A stretch of 64,000 bases of DNA from Yuukianura sp. NJ FZ-2021 (Eukaryota), in the NCBI GenBank assembly GCA_046563655.1, contig CM102290.1:5890001-5954000 (forward strand). Reading direction: 5' to 3'. Position 1 is the first letter of the stretch. The number at the start of each line of letters is the position of its first letter. Positions 28,091-48,730 of the stretch are shown here, one piece after another. Made by a program: the position numbers and the translations under genes. Below the pieces are notes generated by a model. The model ran no database searches. It saw only the letters and a program-made list of their open reading frames with translations, and was not told the DNA's origin.

Positions 28091-30709
28091 CTTCATTGGA
28101 AGAGTCTTCGCGAAGACACTACATCACTGAGTGCGAAATAAACGATGGCGTTGAAGAAACCAGGAATTAAAAAATTATGTAATCCGACTACATTGTTTCC
28201 TTGTTAACTTACTTAAGCAGAACCTTGTTTCTTCATCACCACACAATCTTGTTAGTTCACCTTGCAGAACTTACTTTGCTCATTTCAGATAAACACATTA
28301 GGATATTAACACAAAATACCATCCCTTTAGCTATCATTACCGTATTTTCTGGCAGATAACCTTTGGACTTTCTGTGAAATTTTAATTTGGGATGAGCGAA
28401 TTTTTGGTCTGCAAAACCTCATCATCACATAACCTCATTATTTTACTCGCGTAAAACCATATTTTTTGTTAAAAAACATCATCCTCCACATGCATGATCG
28501 GGGTTCACGCAGACACGTTCACTCTTTTTAGTAGTTAGTTGGAGCACTAACTGCAAAAAGAGTGCGTATTCTCAAGTCGAAAATTCAAATCACATAAAGA
28601 TTCAAACGTGCCTACTGTTTACTGGATTAGTTTCAATTTGAGGTTTTAAAACTTCTCAAGCTCCACATTTTTATTTCCAATTTATCAAAAATTTTTGATC
28701 TAAACTATTACACAATTTGTTTCCACAACACCTCCACGCACTTTGGGATTAACATCAAAACGTTGCCACAAACATGTCATGTTTCGGTGGGCTCTATTTA
28801 AGTGTTAATACCAGACGTGTGAAAAGAAAGATAAATCTTTTTGGGGACTTCTTTGTCTTTAATAAGTTTTAAAGTCTTTAAAAATTTTAAAAAACTCTTT
28901 TTGCTATAAAACCTTTTTCCGCTCTTTTTTTAACGAAAATCAGGTAAAAACAGGAAAGAGTCAAAAAATGCAATTTTAGCAGAAATTTCCACGATTTTTT
29001 GTTAGTCTTTCAGAATTGGGCGAAAATTTTAATTTCAAAACGGTGGGGTGAAAATTTAGTCAAAATTTTATAACATGTCTCATATTAACATCATCTTTGA
29101 TATGCATTAGATATTCAGTGACGGTTCGTCCAGTGAATATCTAGTGGATAATATATTTCATCCGGTTTTATCCGGAAGAATTGGCTGGATAAAATGGATA
29201 TAAGTAGATACTTCCACTTATTTTGATGTAAGTGGAAGAAATACTTTATCCATCTAGCAAAAATGGTGTTTAGGAACAAAAGTTACGCTTAGTTTAACTA
29301 TTTTTCCAATAACACATACAAATCTTTTATTGTATTTGGTTGATTCTAGGATTTTTACGTTTTCAGAGTTGCTTTTCTAGCCATTTTTAAGAACATTTTT
29401 AGAACTTATTTGAGCAATTCTTTAAGGATTTTTAAGATTTTAAAATAAGGATTTTTGGAATTTTCTTTTCACAGGTCTGTTTATTACAAAATCTAAACAA
29501 CAGAGCACGTTCAGCTACACAAATTATACTTGGACATTTTCAATGTAACGTTAGGTATTCGCTTCCAAAGACTTACGTACACCAGTCCATCTTAATTAAT
29601 GTTCGTCTAAAAATGCTCCGGATGCTTAAACACTTGAATATGAAAGTTTACTTTATGCTCATGGAAAAATTGATGGGAGACATTTTTTGTCGAACCGCCT
29701 CTTCTTCATTTGAAGAAGCCCCTCTTATCTCAGGTGAATTTTCAGTAATTCAATTACACAACAAAATTTGGATGTCAGTTCAGTTACTAAGAAACTAATT
29801 ACCTCCAACAGTAAGTGTCGGGAAATGTATAAACTAAACGACTAAACCTAGAAATGGCAAAATCTTCTCATTTAATCTAACAACTAGGTCTAAAAATAAT
29901 TTTATCCTTGACAAAGACATGTTCTCATTGAGTCATATGTATAGAAATAGAAGATAAATGAATGTGTGATTATTTTAAGGATTTGTGGTATTACTAAAAT
30001 GATTTGACCTTCAGAACTTCTGAAAGAATTCTGGGACTACAGTAAGCATTTTCGCATTTGTAGACAAATTCGGAGTTTTGAAAATTGAGAATTTGCAGAT
30101 AATCTTGCAAATGCATATCTCTTCTAAATTATAAGGAAAAATTCGAATTTAAATTACAAACTATAATCAAATGTGTTTCACTCATCACCAAAATTAACTA
30201 ATTATTTGAAACTCATGCAGAAACAATATTTCCTTTGTTTTTGCACGGTATTTTGAATTTTTTAGGTTTTTTGTATCTAATTAATTCAAACGCCGCAAAC
30301 AAAGCTCCGTCCCTTTGAATTCATCCATTTCTTTCGCTGGGTTATTAGCCGTGGACAAAATGTCGAGCTAGCTGGAGAAGGACGTTGTTTAGCATTACAA
30401 TAAAATTTTATAACACACCAGAACCAACAAAATTTAATTGAGGTGAATTACGGTATACGGTGTTTCGCAAGTGCTTGAAAAATATGGCAACAATAAATAA
30501 AATATTTTAGTAAATATATTGCCCGTTTTTAGAATCTATTAAAAATATATTTTGCCAGATTTTAGTAAATATTTTTCTCATACATGATACTAAACGAGAA
30601 AGTCGCATTTCTTTAAATTCGAAATCATTGTTTCTATGCGCGTGGCCCTTTCACGCTTCCGAAAAGTAGAAACCAAGTTTTTCAGCCAACAGTAAACAGG
30701 TAGTTTCTG

Positions 30710-31850
30710 CCCGTGTGACTTCCCACCATTTCCCAGTAGTAGGAACTCATAGACTAGTTACTGGGAACTCTGTTTTATTATTTCCCAGCATTTTCCACTT
30801 CCCTAACCCAAGTTATTACAACTTGAGACAGTATAAAAGTATCCCCTCACCCTCCCAATAAAGAGGTAGTTTTTTCCCCAGAGACTTCCCACCATTTCCC
30901 AGTAGTGGGAAGTAATGAGCTAGATGCTGTTAACTCAGTTTTATTGTTTTCCAGCATTTCCCACTTCCTTAGCCAGAGTTACTCCAACTTCAGAGTTTTG
31001 CCCCCACCCCCACAATAAGGAGGTAGTTTCTCCCCTAGTCACTTCCCAGCATTTCCCAGTAGTGAGAAGTAATGAGCTAGATGCTGGGAACTCATTTTTG
31101 TGATTTAAGAGCATTTCCCACCTTCCTAGCCAAAGTTATTCCAACTTCAGACTTTTCCTCCCACCCCCAAAATAAAGAGGTAGTTTCTCCCCTAGTCACT
31201 TCCCACCATTTCCCAGTAGTGGGAACTAATGAAGCAGATGCTGGGAACTCATTTTTGTCATTTCCCAGCATTTCCCACTTCTCTGGCTAAAGTTATTACA
31301 ACTTCAGACAGTAAAAAAGTATCCCCTCACCCTACCAATAAAGAGGCAGTTTTTTCCCAAGAGACTTCTCACCATTTCCCAGTAGTGGGAAGTAATGAGC
31401 TAGATGCTGGGAACTAATTTTTGTGATTTCCCAGCATTTCCCACCTTTCTAGCCAAAGTTATTCCAACTTCAGAGTTTTGCCCCCACCCCCCACAATAAG
31501 GAGGTAGTTTCTCCCCTAGTCACTTCCCACCATTTCCCAGTAGTGGGAAGTAATGAGCTGGATGCTGGGAACTCAGTTTTGTGATTTAAGAGCATTTCCC
31601 ACCTTCCTAGCCAAAGTTATTCCAACTTCAGACAGTAAAAAAGTATCCCCTCACCCTCCCAATAAAGAGGTAGTTTTTTCCCCAGAAACTTCCCACCATT
31701 TCCCAGTAGTGGGAACTGATGGCCTAGGTGCTGGCAACTCAGATTTATTACTTCCCAGCATTTCCCACTTCCCTAGCCAAAGTTATTTCAACTTCAGACA
31801 GTAAAAAAGTATCCCCCCACCCTCCACGATAAAGGGGTAGTTTTTTCCCC
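30710..31850. repeat. 157/166-bp satellite array, ~7 copies, inverted relative to the left arm (right arm)
   Basis: GAGGTAG-like anchors at ~30863, 31020, 31177, 31343, 31501, 31667 and 31833. The unit is the reverse complement of the left-arm unit. The 166-bp variants carry GACAGTAAAAAAGTATCCCCTCACCC. Confidence 0.93.
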
Positions 31851-32359
31851 AGTGACTTCCCAGCATTTCCCAGTGGTGGAAAGTAACAAGGAGGTCACGG
31901 GAGAATTGTTTTTGTAGTTTCCAGTCATTTCCCACGCTCCTGGACAAAGTTACAGCACTTCAGACAGTAACTTCAGATAGCACTTCAGAGTTTTAGTCAG
32001 GGCCTCCTCCCTGTGCAAAAATACGAAAACACTTTTTTTCATATGCAGATCTGGTTGAGTAGGCGAGATTTCGGAGAAAATACAAGTGACGGTACGAACG
32101 GTACCACAATCAGGTTTGGGACTAGTGAATGGGAACAGGTAAGTGCATATCTTATACCGACATCATCTACAGCAGGTGACATTCAATTACCGGTTTGTTT
32201 TGTACGATTTAGGATCGACTGGAATTGACTCCTGACACGGATACCCCTGACGTAGTTTAGGAGGGACTACTGGACCAACAGAAAGGAAACGGACATCTCG
32301 TGGACCAATCCAACCACGCCTAGCTAAATACCCGGCTCAAAGTACAATTAGTCCGCAAC

Positions 32360-33487
32360 ATGGTTGAAGTAAGTCCAAAAGTTCAAATTAACAAAACTTT
32401 CCTTTCTAGCTAACTCACTAACTTCCTTACTAAACTATCTTTGGACTCAAATAGTCTCAATTCAGTTGTAAAGTACATGTAGAATTGTTGGATTCAACAG
32501 GTGAGTTATGAAGCATTCAAGGAACCGAGGGGTTTCCTCAAAATCCTGCAGTGGGTAAGTAACAAACAACATCAGTGACGATGATTTTGATTTATCAGTT
32601 GCATTATTTAGTTTCTTCGGTATGATTTTGTAGCTTTTCGGAATTTGTGCCTTTGCCACAACGGTCAATTTCTCTTCAATTTCATCCGTCAATGTCATCT
32701 GTCCGGCGAATCCACCTAATGTTACGAATGTGACTACACATTTGGCTCATGAAGTCCAATATCCATTTGAGTAAGAAACTATGAATGAGAGATACAATTC
32801 AATCTGATTAGTCCTGTTATCAACTTAAGTTCTTTATTACAGTTTGGATCAACCGAAGAACGAGATGCCAGTGCCAGTTTGCAAACCCTTTACGCTCCCG
32901 TCCACCGGAAAGGACAACACGCTCCACTGCAGCCTCGTGTCCAATGCCAAGTCAGACTCTGAATTCTTTGTGACGACCGGAGTGCTGACGTTCCTCTATG
33001 CCACTGGATTCATCGCCTTGTTCCTCTTTGCTGATAACATGTACACTGCCAACAACAGGATTCCCAAAATAGTAAGTTATTACATACTTAGATTAACTTA
33101 ATTAATCACAATGATTAACTTAAACAGGATTTCTGGATTACTCTTGTGTTTGCCGTGTTCTGGTTGGCTGGAAGTTCTGCCTGGTCCAACGGACTGTCTG
33201 GAGTTAGAGCCGGTGCTGATCCCAATAATTGGCAAGTAGTTATCAACTCAACTGACACAAGTGGGAAGAGTGTGGACATTGCAGTTGGGTTATGTGAGAC
33301 TGCCTCGACTGGATTCCTCTGCGACCAAATTCATAGCGGGTCCTTTGGTGGGATTGTGATTTCCATTCTGTTTGGATTCATCAACGTCATTCTGTGGGGT
33401 TCCAACCTCTGGTTCCTCTACAAAGAAACACCGTGGTTCGACAACTTCCAAAGCAACGGACACCCATCCACCTCTGGACAAGCTTAA
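32360..33487 (+). CDS. Synaptophysin/synaptoporin-family MARVEL-domain vesicle protein
   Basis: Spliced MVE|VSYEAFKEPRGFLKILQW|LFGICAFAT...YPF...SEFFVTTGVLTFLY...FWLAGSSAW...SILFGFINVILWGSNLWFLYKETPW. These are physin signature motifs. Confidence 0.9.
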
Positions 33488-34046
33488 ACTCACTCCAGAG
33501 GAACTTCAATCAAAACACAGACTAAATCATGTGTTAATCTGTCCATCCCTTCCTAATTAAAACTTATTTTGCCGGAGGATCGACTCATGCCTTAACACTA
33601 GTCAGATCCCGGTTGTCCTTAAATTCCCCCCTTCTTTCCTAAATCCACAATTAATCAATTCCTTTTCAATTAATCCATTAACTACTTCCCCTAAAAGACT
33701 TGTACAGAGCTTCAGCTCAGACGAATCAAATGGACCATTGGCAATCCACTTATTAGATGGCAATCACCTTTAATTAGTCTAAGATTTAGTAATTAATCAA
33801 CTAAAACTAATAAGTTACAGCCAAACAACGACATTAAGTCACCTCTTCTAACTTGTATTCAACTTTTCCCAAAGTACAATGTATACTAAAGTGCCTTTGG
33901 ACAAAGACAGCTTACAAGTTTTATTCAAATATTCTCATTAACAAACTGTACGAAACTTAACTGATTAATCGATTAATTCATTTTTACCATCACGAGATTC
34001 ATCCTCTTCCCACAGATCGATTGCTGATCTTCAACACTTCGTCGAT

Positions 34047-36689
34047 TCAGTTCGGTTCGTCTGCTGCTTCCAGCATTCTTTTCTTGATGAGTGCATCCAG
34101 AACCCTCACTTTTTCCTTGGTAGCTTCCAGTAGTTTGGTGATAGCTCGGTGGGACCAGACACGAGGCCCACCCTCACTATTCTCCTTCCCCTTGGCTTTT
34201 TCCTTGTGATGGCTACTCGTGATTTCCTTGGGGTGGCTACTGCTGACCTTGGGATGGCTATTCATGAGCGTAGCCACCCCATGGCTACGTTTTGTCATCT
34301 CCTGAGATTCTTTGAGTTGATGATGTCTATGTGTCTGGGTGTGGGTTGTGCTGGACACTTTATGGACTGGTGGGGGAATTGCTGCTAGAGCTTTCATTTC
34401 TCTTTCTCGTTCAAACACTTTTTCCAGTGTTCTCTCAACTAGGTTGAGCAGTTTCTTGATCTGTGCAACATCAGCTCTGAATCCAGCTCCATCCAGCTTC
34501 CGACGCATCTCCGTTTGTTCCACTCGTCTACGAAGGATTTGATTTCGATCAGTCAGAGCCTTTCTGTCTCCCTAAGTTCAAAAAAGTTAGATTTTACTCA
34601 AAATTTAAAACAAAGTACATAATTCATGTGGAGAATTTGTGTTTTACGTCGTAAGTTTTCTTGGCCTCGTCTGTTTCTTCCCTGAGGCGATTCAGTTGTT
34701 TCTCGAGACGAAGAATGACCATTTTTAGTTCCAGAATCACGTTTTCCTTCTCCAACACCTCATTCTGCACAGAAAAATTAACATTTTTTAAAGATTTAAC
34801 ATTTAACAAAGATTTTTGTAGTTTTAACAGCTGATTGTCCAGAAATGCGTTTCTTACCTCGAGCCGCACTGAGTTCCGTTCCAGTCGCTTCACAATTGCA
34901 GTTTGGTCTTCTAAATTAAGAAATTATGTTATATTAGATATAATTATATTTTAGAGTTTAAATTGTTGAATTTCTGGACTAAGTTACCATGATAATGCTT
35001 TCCATCAACTGCAGATGAGCCTGAAGAAGTTCCTTTGAGATCAGTCTGAGCTTGGCAATAAACGTGTGGTTTCGTAAGTCGCTTCCGCTCAGTCATCCAC
35101 TCATCTTCTGCCATTACAATCCGCTTCTGCAGTTCAACGTTATGCACAAGAGAAGAGTGAAGAAGTAACGTCTTTTCCTTTAGCCTATTTCCATCAAAAA
35201 GTACAATTAATTAGATTAATTAATTGATTATTAATGCAAATGAAGGAGACTTACTGATCCGAAGTGGCCGAGAGACGCAGTTCAAGTTGTTCCACTCTGC
35301 CAGCAGATTCCTTCTTCGTAAGACTCAAGGCCTTTTTGAGTGAGAGGAGTTTATGGTCATGAAGAACTCGGGTATCCCGCAGAGCCTTCTCTAGTCGTTC
35401 AATTTCCTTACGTAGCATCCCGCAATCCAGACTTTCGAATTCGTCTATCCTCTCTCCCGAGCCTATAAATACTTTTAGCATCAAAACACAAATTCTGAAA
35501 AGATTGTCGGTAGGAAAACTTACAGGAACGGATTTGTTGCTTAACGTCGATCATTTCATCTGTAAGTTCCTTGGCTCTGGGATGCCGTTGGAGGAAATGA
35601 GTTACGTCCTTTTCGTCCCGGCCGCTGAGCAACAAGGCCGTTTGGAATTTGCGACGAAAGTCATCACGCTCCAGCTGAAATAAGGCCAATAAGTAAGTCC
35701 TTTCAGTGCTGCTATTATGACAAAATGTAGGTAGATTTGGAAACCAGAGTGAATGTTACCTTCAACTTTTCGCTTTCGGATAAAAGTCTGAGGAAATTTT
35801 CTCTTTCTTCGTACAATGACAGTTGAGCTTCATTGAGACACTGCTGAAGGCTGAATGCCTCGGCATCACGCTCTTCAACTTTTGCATTGAGATCAAGGGC
35901 TTTCTCTGCTGAATCTTTGCACCTATACATTCAGAAACACAATTAAAGTCAAGCTAGTTGTTTCCTATTGGAAAAGAGGATACTTGTAGCAACTTGGTTA
36001 TAGTAAAGCGTTCTAGTCTGATTTAGAAAATTTTTGCGAGTGACATGACCCTAGATAACGCAAAAAATGACCCCTATAAAAGTTGTCGGGGTCAATGAGT
36101 AGATCATTTTTTGTCCTGTGACATATGACCCTGTGACCTACCCCTGAGGCTCTAGGTTAGGTTTTTTAAAAAGCCCCAGATTTGACGACTTTTAAAAAAC
36201 CTAACCTAGAGCATCAGGGGTAGGTCACAGGGTCATATGTCACAGGACAAAAAATGATCTACTCATTGGTCCCGACAACTTTTATAGAGGTCATTTTTTA
36301 GGTTGTCATAGGTCAGGTCACTCGAAAAAAAATTTCTAAGTAAATCAGACTAGAACGCTTTAACTATAACCAGCAACTTGGTTACTTGTGGAGTAGAGCA
36401 ATCGTTGCTTCGTTGTCTCCTTGTAGTTTGGTCAGTTTGGTGGCAAAGTACTGCAGGAAGTCAAAGGGATGATGGATATTGTTGTATACGTTCTGGACAT
36501 CAACTGAAGCTGTGGATTTGGCTCGATTTACTCCACTTCTCGTCTTCTGCTTCGCATTCCCCATTTTGAGGGCACGACGATCTAAAAAATTAATACATAA
36601 AAATTAATATTTAGTCTTTCTTCCTTTAAAACTGAATGTAATTAACTTTTGTTTTGAGTTGGATGTGTACCTGAGCCTTCCTTATTCAT
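34047..36689 (-). CDS. CCDC77: Coiled-coil domain-containing protein 77-like
   Basis: LQYFATKL...LQQCLNEAQLSLYEERENFLRLLSESEKLK...ERDDFRRKFQTALLLSG and C-terminal RRKLDGAGFRADVAQIKKLL resemble the CCDC77 N- and C-terminal blocks as recalled. An upstream exon MNKEGS (ATG 36689) splices in frame. Confidence 0.7.
35996..36371. mobile_element. 376-bp hairpin MITE with an 8-bp TSD in a CCDC77 intron
   Basis: Nearly the whole element is an inverted repeat (GGTTATAGTAAAGCGTTCTAGTCTGATTTA.../...TAAATCAGACTAGAACGCTTTAACTATAACC). TSD AGCAACTT at 35988-35995 and 36372-36379. Confidence 0.92.
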
Positions 36690-38126
36690 TACAACTCTCC
36701 AACAATAAAGTATAATTAAACTGCAGTGTTGAATTAATTTTAACTAGTAATTAATTGAGATAAATTAATGGAGATTCGACAATCGACATTCAATGTTCAG
36801 TTCTTCGGTGACACCGGTGTCCATTTGCAGATAACTATAGCTTTCTCCCAAAGTTAACTATGCTAATTTTTGGACTTTCACCTAACCTAACCTTTAAGCC
36901 AGAGGGCGCTGACAACACCAAATTTTTTGACTATGCAAATGAGGAGAAAGTGATAGTTGTCTCTAAGTTATTATTGCTTTCGGTGACACGGTGAGAAAAA
37001 AAATTGAGAAAATAAGATTCTCCCGCCCTTTTTCAGTTTGAAATTTCACAACATTAAAAAAGTCGCACGCAGAAAAAAAATTCACGTCTGTTGGAACAAT
37101 AACAGTACTTTTTCATTATTGTTATAAGTTAAGTTATAACACGCCATATCAGCTGATATTGTTTCTAACTACCAAATTAATTGTTAGTTACGTTCATAAT
37201 TTAAAGAAAAAGCACAATTAAACATTAGTTGCGTATTTAATGGTACATTGTTTAAACAATGACCTTCGAAATGAAACATGAAATGCACTCTCCTGTGTTA
37301 CACAGTGCAACTTGCACTGGATTTGTACCCACACCACAAACAAAGCATGTTGCCAAATCTCGCTCATTTTTTCAACGCATAAAATTTGGAAAATGAAAAA
37401 TATAATTATTTTTATTATCTAGTAATAAATAATTAAACAAAGAATTTCTTGTAATTTCACTGATTCCCTATATTTTTTAGACATAGGAAACACTAATAAG
37501 TTTATTCGTATTACAAAAAGCATTAGAAATTGATCAATTTTGCGATGGTGCCAAGTTGTCACTCAATTAACAAAACAGCCAAATCTAAAGCCCTTATGAC
37601 GTCCAAATGACGAGTATGAGCACTGATCTTGGATAAAAATTCGGATAATTAACTTTTTAGGAATTAAATGTGTAATTTTGTTAGTGTGTTTCGGGTGTTA
37701 GGTGGTTGACCCCGGGTGGCCGACCCCCTGGGAGGAGGTGGCTGTGGGTTCCCTTCCGTCCTCCTCTCCTCTGTGCCTCATCCACCAGTCGAATCACAAC
37801 TGCAGAACGGAGCACTTCCTTTCTACTCGCAAACAACAAGGGTTCTCTCCTTTCATTTTCACCAACTTATTGTTCCAGTGGACACTGTTTCTCTCCAGCA
37901 CAAATCAATACACACCAAGGTGAGTACTTAGAGTACTGGCAAGCACATATCAAGTACTTAATCCTTTTGTCTCTTTAACTTTCCTGTTTCAGCTTCTTCA
38001 CCTTGCTCCACAACTGCCTTCTTCTCTCGACGTTTGCTGGGAGGTATGCCACTAGCCTACAGTGCATCCTCACCTAACACAATTTGAAAAAAGTACTGGA
38101 CAGGACAAGTATTCACATCAAACAAG

Positions 38127-46040
<7,914 letters not shown>

Positions 46041-47370
46041 AAGGAACTTAGTAGCTTAATTAATTACAGACAAGTATTTATAAATTATTACCAAGTCATA
46101 GGAATTTGTTTGTATTGTGGTCCACATGGACTCAAACCAAGTTAGTTCATAATCTTATATCCTCATCTCAGAAGAAATAAAATAATATTATAATTTCAGA
46201 TACTCCACCTTTCACAACTTCTGTCCTTTTTTCTTAAGCGAGTCAGTTACATTTTTTTGTTAAAACGACGAGAGTTTTAAGTTTTTTTAAGTTTTTTGAA
46301 GTGAATTTTATGATTGGAGACTTCCGATGGTGGAAGCCTTTGATGTTCGGCTACCCGACTTTTTCGGTGTGACGGGACAGGAAACATTATGGATTGGGAG
46401 GTGAAGGGAGTTTGATTTTAAGAATTGGAAGTCCGTTGTCATGGTTTCCAAGAAACCAAAACTTAGCAAAGTTCGTCGAACAGGAATTGAGTGGACTTTT
46501 CGGGGAAGTGGACATTTAGTTTGAAAAGTTTCCAATTGACTCTGATCACTTCATTCCACGACTTGGCTCTCCTAACACTTTCTAACCAAAATTTAACATC
46601 CAAATCCGTATTTTAACAATCCAAACTGGGTATTTGCTTAACTTTTAACATTTTAAGTTGAAATGTTTTGACTTTTGAGTGGAAGATTCCGGAAGGGGTG
46701 TAAATTTGTTGTTGGATGAAACAGGGCAGAAAGCCTCATTCGGTCGACTAACTTTTAATTTTTTGTGTAATTTTGAGTAAGAGTGCTTGACCCTCTTACG
46801 TTATTTTGGTTGGACACGAACAGTTTCCTAATTTTTAACATTTTTGGATTTCAGTAATCACTTGGATCCTTTGAGGTCAACTTTATCCGTTCCAACGGAA
46901 CTTTTAACCCCTCAAGGTCACTCACACTGCAATTTAACATGGACTGGGCATACAACACTACAGCGGGGTAACTTTTTAAAACTTTACTTTTTTTAAGAAT
47001 TCCATTTTTCGAGTTGATTTTTTAAAGTTTGTGAGTTTGGAAACTGTCGTTGGAAAGTAGAACGGAAGGCGTTGTTGAAATTAGTATTTGGTTGATTAAG
47101 AATTGAATTGTGTTTCACTTGAACTGAAATGATTTATTTCCAATTCCTCCATTCATCTTCATGCTATTAAGCTTTGATTTGGGTTAACTCCCACTTTTTA
47201 ACACTTCTCTTCACTAGAGACTCCATTTTGAGCTAAATGCTATAGGCTTCTTTTTAGTACTGTCATGTCAGTTTCCCAATTTCTACAAAATGAAGCGATT
47301 TGAGGGGAGAAGGGACATTTTTTTGAGAGTTTTGATCAACTCTTTTTTGAATTGTTGTTAATGTGTATTT

Positions 47371-47892
47371 TATAGTTCATCTATTTTAAGAAGGCGGGTT
47401 TCAAATTTATTTTTGCGCTGTTCCTAGTAGCAACGCAAGTAAAATTTGACGGGTTGAGTTAAGGCGCGACCAATTTTTCGTATTCAGAAAAGGTAAATTT
47501 AAAATTGACGCTGAATTCCTCTGAAGGTTACCCATGGACAAAAGTTTAATTACGACAACCCATATCCTAATTAAGTGAAATTTTTTTTAAACTTAATCGC
47601 TCTCTTCTTCGCTGGATTCTGAGCTGGACTCAGTGTCGGATGACGATCCATTTCCCAAATCGATAATTATACGATCTTGATTTGTTCATATAAAGGTATT
47701 TAAACGTTAAACATAAGATAAAATGAAAATAAGCATTTGACCTGTTTTGAACAAAGAAGACACTCGTGCGCAGTTGCTGTTGCACATGTTACACATGCGC
47801 AACAGATATCTTAAGTCAACCGGGGCAACATAAACAAAAATAAAACTTTTGAGTGAATTTCAAACCCGCCTTCTTAAAATAGATGAACTATA
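47371..47892. mobile_element. ~520-bp MITE with 31-bp perfect inverted ends, likely TA target site (Tc1/mariner-type)
   Basis: TATAGTTCATCTATTTTAAGAAGGCGGGTTT at 47371 and its exact reverse complement AAACCCGCCTTCTTAAAATAGATGAACTATA ending at 47892. Non-coding interior. Confidence 0.88.
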
Positions 47893-48730
47893 GTCAACGG
47901 TGCATTGAATGTAAAAATGTAAAAGTTTAGAAAATGACAATGGTGGAGTCAAAGCGTGACCTTCCCAAAATGCTCCAAATCTCTCTCAAAGTGGAAATCA
48001 AAAACAATGAGATACACAAAAAAAAGTTTTTTTTTTGGTTTTTTGAATGTGAAAAAGTAAGTTTTTAGCATAACTGAGGATTTGGGATTTAAGCCACTGC
48101 AATACACATTGACTGTGAAAATGGGATCTGATTGGGAAGTGTAACGATGAGGGAAGGGAGAGATGCGTTTTCTGAATCCTGTTACTTGTGATCTCTCTTT
48201 CCCTATAACTATTGTGCACTCAACGTAACAATGGGAGGTTAACAATGAACAGGAGACTATACACTTTTAGTCCAACACGACATCATCTCTCAAACAGATC
48301 ATCCAACAGTTGTCTCAAAAACTGTCACTTACACATCATTCCGTTTAGTCCGCACAGATTCAGTTTCCCAAAAACATCTTTTCCTAAAAGTTTGGTTTGG
48401 AATTGAAAGAGTGATGTTTGGAAGTTAAATTGAAAAGAGAAAGACAAATGTCATGAAACAGTTGAACTTTCTCCGTCCATCCATCGATTGTCTTTTTCCC
48501 ATAGTGTCCCAGTTTCGGCTGGATTGTGATTAGAGTTGATCTTTGAGTCACTTTGGCACTATTTAGTTAGTCTTTGTGTCATTGTTGACATTATTGAGAG
48601 ATGGGAAGGAGCCCAAGAAACAAGAGTTGGTGTAATCCGCATCAAAAGTGCAACACGGCCATTCTTTCTGTTGAATTTGATTAATTAATTAGTTGATTTG
48701 GAATTGATGTCTGTTTCACATGTGAAAAGG

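Larger units (their letters stand above)
25649..32004. mobile_element. Foldback/MULE-like non-autonomous element (6356 bp) with satellite-array arms and a 9-bp TSD
   Basis: TSD TCCTCCCTG at 25640-25648 and 32005-32013. Termini are GGCCAAGACTAAAAGTCTGAAGTGCT.../...AGCACTTCAGAGTTTTAGTCAGGGCC, with ~160 bp of imperfect TIR followed by oppositely oriented tandem arrays. No transposase ORF is present. Confidence 0.88.

Noticed and set aside
26000..31804. Family of repeated ORFs 'MLGTQFC.FPAFPTFLAKVIPTS...' on both strands
   Set aside because: They are translations of the 157-bp satellite. The unit length is not a multiple of 3, frames break each unit and there is no splice structure.
36881..36892. 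CCTAACCTAACC (TTAGG telomere-like) motifs here and at ~57731, 62412 and 62897
   Set aside because: Only 2-3 units each and often TE-associated; too short to call interstitial telomeres.
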